From Octopus sinensis (lineage: Eukaryota): a stretch of DNA of 64,000 nt. The position numbers were made by a program, and so were the translations under genes. Location: NCBI RefSeq assembly GCF_006345805.1, contig NC_043014.1, positions 26,288,001-26,352,000 on the forward strand, in the 5' to 3' direction. Within the stretch, counting starts at the first letter, position 1; each line of letters begins with the position of its first letter. Positions 55,749-64,000 of this stretch are shown here, piece by piece. Under the pieces are notes generated by a model, which had not been told where the DNA came from, ran no database searches, and worked only from the letters and a program-made list of their open reading frames with translations.

Positions 55749-57845
55749 TTCCAGTCTTCATTGAGTGTGTAGTGAGTCATTATATTTTCCTCTGTTATAT
55801 TCTACTGTGTTTCTGATTGACTTTGTCTGTATTGTCTGTTGTTGTACAATTATTGTAATCAGCCTTCGTGCGAGGGCTTCGTGTTGGTGTTCCCCCCTCC
55901 GTGGGGAAAATCTATCATTATCGATGCATTTGAGGTTTGCAAAACCAAAAACCTTTTTTCGCGGTTGTGCTAAAGGCTTGTTAAGCCAGTTTTCAGAGAT
56001 GGACTCCCCCATCTCCTATTCACCCATGTCAAGTGATGCAGGATCACCGGCGGTGTCGCCGAAGAAAAAAGAGACCCCAGCACCAGCTAGAAAATTTTCT
56101 GAAGTCGCTGGAAAGAAAATTAAAAAAATTAACACTGAAAACCTACAGAAATACGCAGACTGTTTGATAAAAGAGGGCACAGAAGTAACGGTGTTTACGA
56201 ATGCCCAAAAGCAAGAAGAGATTGATAAAAAAAGAATAATATACAAGACTTTCAACATCACATGTAAGTCTATACAAAGAATAGAGGAGAAAAAAATAGA
56301 AAACTGCCTAAAGCCGATATGGGATAAGATTACGTACATCAATCGCGGGAAGAAATACGACACAGTGGAGGTGAGATTTGCAACGGAGGAGGTAGCCAAA
56401 AAGCTATCCATGGAACCCATGAAAGCGGAGAATATTGTTCTCCTCCCCCTGTATAGAGGCAAAAGAACCTCAAGGATAACAATGGACAATATTCCGCCAG
56501 AAGCGGACGCCACATGTCTGGTGGCAGCAGTTATGGTAGGCCTGGAGGAAAAATAAAGATCCTCCAGGCCACAGTAGAGGAGGAAGAAAATTGGAAAGGG
56601 CAGCGTATAACGATAGCCATCCAGGCAGAGATACAAACCCCGGAAGAGATTCCGGAGACACTGAAAATCAGTGAGGACGAAAGAGTCGTGGAGGGCAGAA
56701 AGCTGAGGTGCTTCGGCTGCGGTAAGAAAGGGCATGTAAGGGCAGAATGCCAACCCAAACCGCAGGAAGCAGCTCAGCCAGGTGGAAGAACAGAAGAGGT
56801 ATCACCAGAAGCAGCGCCGGGCGGCCCAGAAGGGACGGCTGAAGGTGTGGAGGTGACAGAGGCAGCAGAACCGGCGGCGAAGGTAGTGGAGGAAACAAAG
56901 AGCGAGGAAACGAAAAATGAGGAGGGGTGGTCAAAAATCACTAGGAAAAAAAGAAAAACTGAAACCACCCCTCCGAAAGTAAACCAAAAGAAAAAAAGAG
57001 AGTCTTTGAATTCATTTATGGCCATTAAGGCCTCAAATAATAGACTCGGTAATGTGTTGGCAGCTATGGCCAAGGTAGAAAAAATTGGAAGAAAAAATGA
57101 TTACATATTGTACAGAATAGGCCGGAAGGATTACGGACGGATAAAGTCCGAATTTTTTCATGACGTGAGCCCTCTCAGAATGGATATATCATCACCATAT
57201 ATATTCGAGGGCCTGCGTCAGACTCCCCCACGAGGCCCAGAAAAAGAGGAAAAAAATGAAGAAGAGAAAGGAAAAGTCGAACCACTGATATAAGGTAAGT
57301 CATGGATTACATTTATGTTGGTTGTTTAAATGTGCGCGGCCTGGGATCAAGCTGGAAGCAAGGTCGCTTCCTTAATGATATCAGGTCGCGTAATTTGGAT
57401 GTTATTGTTGCTACAGAAACGCGGTTAGAGGGGCCAAGAGGTCTACTCCCGCTGTTTGACGGCTACGAGAGTTTTTTCTCTCCGGCCAGTCCTACAGGCG
57501 GGGGTGGGGTGTTGGTCCTATTAAAAAGAAACCGGGTTTTTGAGAAAAAGTTAATTTTTTCAGACCCAGAAGGTAGGCTGGTCGTCATGGATTTGACGTT
57601 CAGTAACGGTAAAGTTATCAGACTGGTTGCAATTTACGCACCCAACCAAAAAAGGCAAAGTGATTATTTTCGAGAACTGGAAAACTTTCTTGGTACTTCG
57701 CATTCATTAGTTGTGCTAGGAGACTTTAACACAATTTGCAAAGCGGATGTAGATTGTGTTGGCTTGCGTCCAGATAGAAAAGGTAACATTGGCTTCCTGG
57801 AACTGCTAAGCCACTTTGAGCTAGCAGATCCTTATAGGTTGGAAT
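55749..57845 (+). mobile_element. L1/Tx1-clade LINE, 5' part (unit D), truncated in ORF2
   Basis: 5' UTR, ORF1 with CCHC knuckle, then an APE endonuclease ORF 8 bp later. Confidence 0.9.
55999..57293 (+). CDS. LINE ORF1 with a one-base frameshift in an A-run near 56550
   Basis: ATG at 55999 (MDSPISYSP); adding one A to GAAAAATAAAG restores GLEEKIKILQ and joins CFGCGKKGHVRAEC. Confidence 0.8.
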
Positions 57846-57847
57846 AA
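57302..57847 (+). CDS. LINE ORF2 N-terminal apurinic-like endonuclease, truncated
   Basis: LNVRGL, DVIVATET, GRLVV, IYAPN, LGDFN and ADPYR motifs of L1/Tx1 endonucleases. Confidence 0.93.
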   Translation: MDYIYVGCLNVRGLGSSWKQGRFLNDIRSRNLDVIVATETRLEGPRGLLPLFDGYESFFSPASPTGGGGVLVLLKRNRVFEKKLIFSDPEGRLVVMDLTFSNGKVIRLVAIYAPNQKRQSDYFRELENFLGTSHSLVVLGDFNTICKADVDCVGLRPDRKGNIGFLELLSHFELADPYRLE

Positions 57848-57878
57848 TTGGAATAATTGGCACATATTATATTTACAG

Positions 57879-57934
<56 letters not shown>

Positions 57935-58476
57935 GTGTGTGTGTGTGTGCGTATATATGCACTCTGCATCGACAGTAGATTGCATTCCCAGAATACAGAA
58001 TGATACCCTTTTAGTGAACATATTCAGAAATGTGCAAAGCAAATGCTACCACAATTTGTAATCTTTCCATTCTATCAATGTACCATTGGAGCACCAACAC
58101 AAATTAGATTAAGTAAGGAAACCTTTTCATTGAAAAATATAAGCTAAAACTTAACCATTTCTAACATTTTTAAATAAGGAAATTCTCCTCATTGAAAAAA
58201 AGTATAAGGCAAAAACCTAACCACTTGTAACATTCTATTCCTTCTAAACCAAATTATGTTAAATTAATTAAGCCTAGTCATTCCCAACATATTTGATTAT
58301 CTCCCTTATACCGGAAAAAATCCCTAATTACCTACCCCTGCCTGGAACTCCATATTTCACAACATAGCGAAGAGATGACACGATATAGGTAAAGAAATTT
58401 TTAAAGAAAATACGAAAACAGTTATTTCTCCCAAAACTTGGTTACTATACGCAAAATTTTATAACATTTTTCTAAC

Positions 58477-58735
58477 GATGTTACTGTTGTTTTAGCCCCA
58501 AGAAACATCGCTTCAAGATGACCGTACGACACAATATCTGTGTCCTTATATTTTCGAACAGGGATTTCGGCACTCCCACCTGGCGAAAAACACCATCTGT
58601 GAACTAGTCCAAAGATGTTGTTTTGCGCTAGGTGAGAGTGCTGAACTCCCTGTACAAATATATAAGGAGACAGATAGTGTGTCGTACAGTCAGCTTGAAG
58701 TGATGTTTCTTGGGGCTAAAACAACAGTAACATCG
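58477..58735. mobile_element. MITE-like element with about 75-bp inverted termini
   Basis: CGATGTTACTGTTGTTTTAGCCCCAAGAAACATC mirrored by GATGTTTCTTGGGGCTAAAACAACAGTAACATCG. Confidence 0.8.
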
Positions 58736-58816
58736 TCCTTGCCAGGACAGCTACATTACGTTGGCGAATAGGCTTTACTTTATATACGCACACACACACA
58801 CACACACATACACACA

Positions 58817-58855
<39 letters not shown>

Positions 58856-58862
58856 CTGTAAA

Positions 58863-59060
58863 TATAATATGTGCCAATTATTCGGTAGCCAAAATAAAAC
58901 TCTGAGTTTCGGATGCCGAGGTGGAAATCCACAATACTATATCTTCAGTTATCCGGCCATCTCTGAAGATGGATTACTGAAGAGATGGTGGTGTGGATTT
59001 CCACCTCGGCATCCGAAACTCAGAGTTTTATCTTGGCTACCGAATAATTGTCACACATTA
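58863..59060. repeat. Second copy of the double-hammerhead foldback family
   Basis: Hammerheads at 58893-58953 (-) and 58972-59032 (+); same termini as 32794-32968. Confidence 0.9.
58972..59032 (+). ncRNA. Type I hammerhead ribozyme, GUU site
   Basis: GATTA-CTGAAGA-GATG..GTGGatttCCAC..CATCc-GAAA-CTCAGAG-TT-TTATC. Confidence 0.65.
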
Positions 59061-59482
59061 TATTTACAGATATATATATATACATACACGTCTACACAAC
59101 AGTCTACTCTATCTGTGTATATATAAAATGTGTGAATTAGGAAATACACATAGGCACAATCAAACATGCACACACAAGAAGATAGCGGTACACACACAAA
59201 TACACACACGCATACATACATGCACAGTGACGCACACACATGCTCACAAACAAAGAGAGCGCACCTCGGATAAACGACAGAGTCAAGGACTATTGAAGAG
59301 TTTGCCAAACTCAACGAAAATTGTGTGTGCTAAATAAGGCACATATTGAAGAGTTTGCCAAACTCAACGAAAATTGTGTGTGCTAAATAAGGCACTAAAA
59401 GAGAAAGATTCTCACCAGACACAGTAAAATATGCTTCAACACACGAATTCACATAAAGAATCTTGCAAGCCAAATACAAAAA

Positions 59483-59554
<72 letters not shown>

Positions 59555-59557
<3 letters not shown>

Positions 59558-61315
59558 AGAAAAACCCACCTTTTATTAATTCAAAATGAATAATTAAATT
59601 ACACCATCTAGAAAATTACATATAATAGATTTAAATGATAAATAAATAATTATATTATTTTAAAATACATATTATAGTAATATAAATTATTTTCAAAATA
59701 ATATATATGTATTTTATTTGATTACTTATTATTTAGACTTTAAATTTATAGTAAATATTAAAAAAAAATTAAATGATATTTTATGTACTTATATATTACA
59801 TTTAACTTATCCTTAGTATTATTAAACCTTATCTTGTCTCATGTGGCTTATTCATTTTATCGTAGATATTATCTAATAGTATTAAAGTATTTTTTACTGT
59901 TTTATTATAAATCATATTAATTTTTAAAAAAAATAATGATGAATAATATTTTTTGATGATGAGTTTGAGATGAGTTTTGGGCTTCATCTGTTAGAGTCTA
60001 TAGGAAGGGTTGAATGGTAGGAGTCTGAGAATTTGACGTTAGTTGGCAGTTTGTTGTAGATTGGATTTTGGTAGCGATGGTAATAATTTATAATGATATT
60101 AATAATGTTAATAATTATGTTGATTATTAGAATATTAATGATAATAATATTTATAATCGCGTATGGCTTATTATAGGATCAGGGTAGTGATGATGAACAG
60201 GTAATACTGAATATACTATTTTTACTATTACTACTTTTATTAACTTTATTTAATTCCCGTATTTCATTAATTTTTTTTTTTTTAGCCTTTTTCATTAATA
60301 GTTATTTTCTATTTTTCCATGCAACGTCTCCACGAGTTTTATTTCTTATAGACGCTAAGTATTATTCTTTACGTTTAAAATCTTAAATTTTCTCAAATTT
60401 TTTTAGTTCATGAGGCTTTAAAGTTTTTCGTCTTTTCGTATTTTTCATTGATAAAAATTTCGCCACGTTCATTGAGTATTTATTCTATTTCTTTGCACTA
60501 TGTATCCACGCGATAATTTTATAAACGCTTTAACTATTTATTTTTTAAAATCAGTTTCTCTTCAATCTTCGCTAAACGAAGTCTGACTTTTTATCGTTTC
60601 TCTATTTCATTTGAATATTGAACCGTTGTGTTTGAAATTATTATTATTGTTGATATTATTATTGTTTGATGTAATATTATTATTTATTTATACTTTCTTG
60701 ATAGCATTTTTTACGTCCGATGTTTAATTCTTATAAAAGATTTTACGTTTTACATATTATTTAATTTGAGAATTAATAATGTTAGACTATATTTCTTTTA
60801 ATTATTAGATAATATTTTCATTAAATAGTATTATTTTAAAATAAACTGGTTTTTATTTTAATATAAAGTTTATGTTTAACTTTTTTCTCGTGTGATATAT
60901 TAAATCTATAGATATTATACATGGATATTAATATAACGAGTTTATATAATGGAGTTGAGTATATTTGTACTATTTCAAATTTTTGATTGTATTTTTCAAG
61001 AATGGAATCGATTGAGTTGATTAATTAGACGCTTATCATATTGATACATTTAAAATCTAGATAGATTAACAGAATCGTTGAACTTAGTAAATTAGTTCGT
61101 TTACCAATATTATTTAGTTCTTGCTATTATTTTGACTTTGATCGTTGTTATTATTGGTATTGTTATTGACTAGTTTGGTAGAGAACTGGTGATTGTAATT
61201 GTACATCTTCATAGTGTATTGTTCTTTGGTTCTAATATTTTTGCACCTTTCGTTAATTTGGGGTTGATAGGTTTTCTTACTTTCCATTAACATATTCTCG
61301 CCATATATAATATAT

Positions 61316-61404
<89 letters not shown>

Positions 61405-61678
61405 TGGCTTATGTATTTGTAATACTAAATTTAAGTTAATTAGGTATTATATTATTTGATACTTAGTCAACTTTGTTATAGATTGTTATATTAAATCTAT
61501 AGATACTACACATGTATATATGGTTAGCTTATTTAAGGGGTTTGTCTATATGGGAAACATTTCTTATTTTGATTACAATTTAATGACTTGTACTAGCGTT
61601 GTGTATTTTATTTAATTTTAAAGTATTTAATTATTTAAGTATTATTTTATTTTTCACTTATGTATGTTTAGGATTTTA

Positions 61679-61715
<37 letters not shown>

Positions 61716-61995
61716 AATTAATTATTTTATTGTTCTATATTATTTTTAACCTGATGAGTGACTATATTTATATCGAAGTGATTTCTCTACTACTATAATC
61801 AGTTCTAGAATATAGCAGGAAACACGTGTCGTTTTTCTACCTATTATATACATTTTTATTATCATTTTTTGCAATTTACTTAATCTTTATATTTTACTGT
61901 TATTTTAATTTTAAATTTTCTATTAAATGTAATTTTCTAGATGGTGTAATTTAATTATTCATTTTGAATTGATAAAAGGTGTTTTTTTTTCTAAT
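59555..61995. mobile_element. Very AT-rich decayed element with about 75-bp inverted termini, probably PLE-derived
   Basis: CACCTTTTAT.AATTCAAAATGAATAATTAAATTACACCATCTAGAAAATTACA is mirrored at 61925-61995; hammerhead remnant at 61748-61833. Confidence 0.6.
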
Positions 61996-62486
61996 TGTTC
62001 ATATATTTAGGCGCATATATCTATCTAGGCGCAGGAGTGGCTGTGTGGTAAGTAGCTTGCTAACCACCCACATGGTTCCGGGTTCTATTTATTTATCTAT
62101 TTATCAAACTGTTTATCTGTCTATCTATCTATCTATCTATCTATAATACTCTTTACTCTTTTACTTGTTTTAGTCATTTGATTGTGGCCATGCTGGAGCA
62201 CATCCTTTAGTCGAGCAAATAAACCCCAGGATTCATCTTCATAAGCCTAGTACTTATTCTATTGGCCTCTTTTGCCGAACCGTTAAGTTACGAAGACGTA
62301 AACGCACCAGCATCGGTTGTCAAGCGATGTTGGGAGGACAAATATAAACACACAAACATACAAACACGTACATCTAGGTGCATATATCTATCTAGGCGCA
62401 GGAGTGGCTGTGTGGTAAGTAGCTTGCTAACCACCCACATGGTTCCGGGTTCTATTTATTTATCTATTTATCAAACTGTTTATCTG

Positions 62487-62525
<39 letters not shown>

Positions 62526-62549
62526 GTCTATCTATCTATCTATCTATCT

Positions 62550-62968
62550 ATCTATAATACTCTTTACTCTTTTACTTGTTTTAGTCATTTGATTGTGGCC
62601 ATGCTGGAGCACATCCTTTAGTCGAGCAAATAAACCCCAGGATTCATCTTCATAAGCCTAGTACTTATTCTATCGGCCTCTTTTGCCGAACCGTTAAGTT
62701 ACGAAGACGTAAACGCACCAGCATCGGTTGTCAAGCGATGTTGGGAGGACAAATATAAACACACAAACATACAAACACGTACATATATATATATATACAT
62801 ATATATGATGGGCTTCTTTCAGTTTCCGTCTACCAAGTCCACTCACAAGATTTTGGTCGGCCCGAGGCTATAGTAGAAGACACTTGCCCAAGGTGCCACG
62901 CAGTGGGAATGAACCCGGAACCATGTGGTTGGCGAGCAAGTTATTTACCACACAGCCACTCCTACGCC
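62550..62968 (-). mobile_element. tRNA-derived SINE, family 1
   Basis: Reverse complement of the family 1 sequence; partial duplicate at about 62145-62372. Confidence 0.88.
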
Positions 62969-63000
62969 TATATATATATATATATATAGATATACACAAC

Positions 63001-63077
<77 letters not shown>

Positions 63078-63462
63078 TATATATATGTATATATATAAAT
63101 ATATATACATATATATATATACATAAATACATATATATACATATATACATATATATATATACATATATATTATACATATATATATACATATATATATACA
63201 TATATATATATATATACGTATATATATATAATACATATATATATACATATATATATACATATATACATATATATATATATACATATATATATATGCATAT
63301 ATATATATATATACATGTATATATATACACATATATACATATATATAAATATATATACATATATATACATATATATGTATATATATTTATACATATATAT
63401 ACATATATATGTATATATATATATATACATATATATATATGCATATATATACATATATATAC

Positions 63463-63519
<57 letters not shown>

Positions 63520-63548
63520 CACACATATATATATATATATATATTATA

Positions 63549-63582
<34 letters not shown>

Positions 63583-63635
63583 CTATATATATAATATATA
63601 TATATATATGTATATACACATATATATATGTGTAT

Positions 63636-63690
<55 letters not shown>

Positions 63691-63691
63691 T

Positions 63692-63735
<44 letters not shown>

Positions 63736-63747
63736 TATACATATATA
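62969..63747. repeat. Long (TA)/(TACA) microsatellite, about 780 bp
   Basis: Direct inspection. Confidence 0.95.
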
Positions 63748-63846
63748 ACGGGAAGCTTTATGAAAATAGACAAAAGACGAAGGCAGGTGGGAAACAAACA
63801 AACAATTGTATTAGTATGGCGCTCAGGAAATATAAATAAAACAAGT

Positions 63847-63882
63847 CTTTAACGTTTCGAGCCTACGCTCTTCAACAGAAAG
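63847..63882 (-). ncRNA. Minimal hammerhead variant (A6U) in a probable PLE pLTR
   Basis: Minus strand reads CTTT-CTGTTGA-a-GAGC gtag GCTC-GAAA-CG-TT-AAAG. Confidence 0.55.
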
Positions 63883-64000
63883 ATACACAGAGAGAAAAAA
63901 ACACAGAAAGAAGGAGAGAAAAAAAATGCGTGCAGTAACTAACGAATCAACATGGCGATCTGATTTCGGCCAGAGGTCAAGATCAAACATGAGACGCGAG

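Noticed and set aside
50339-55770. CRISPR-like reading of the repeated 22-nt motif
   Set aside because: Spacers are 1.6-1.9 kb homologous gene units, the DNA is eukaryotic, and there are no cas genes.
55765-55998. N-terminal extension of unit D ORF1 in the ORF track
   Set aside because: It starts at a non-ATG codon inside the junction motif; the region behaves as 5' UTR and the first ATG in coding-like sequence is at 55999.
62868-63839. Long YI/IY-repeat ORFs here and at 7718, 16231, 26321, 48591 and elsewhere
   Set aside because: Microsatellite translations with no stop codons by composition.

Overview
AT-rich, microsatellite-saturated animal genomic DNA; the SINE families and repeat style point to a coleoid cephalopod, most likely Octopus (inference). 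One host gene is clear: a plus-strand Rh-family (SLC42) ammonia channel with 8 coding exons from 12932 to 38310, all GT-AG and phase-compatible; its first coding exon was not found. The rest is mobile DNA: tRNA-derived SINEs, Helentron/HINE-like elements, four Penelope-like retroelements (PLEs) with inverted terminal repeats, and several near-perfect palindromes. Two systems stand out. (1) At 50339-57845, three diverged ORF1-only (half-LINE) units lie head-to-tail in front of a Tx1/L1-type LINE. All four start with the same 22-nt motif. The three ORF1-only units share a covarying 3' hairpin and a 40-nt 3' tail that also ends a tRNA-SINE at 32117-32345. (2) About 16 intact or decayed minimal type I hammerhead ribozyme motifs are present. 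Several are back-to-back pairs inside palindromes, the best being two intact copies in a 409-bp palindrome in an Rh intron. All alignments and folds were done by eye, so boundaries may be off by a few bases and ribozyme activity is untested.
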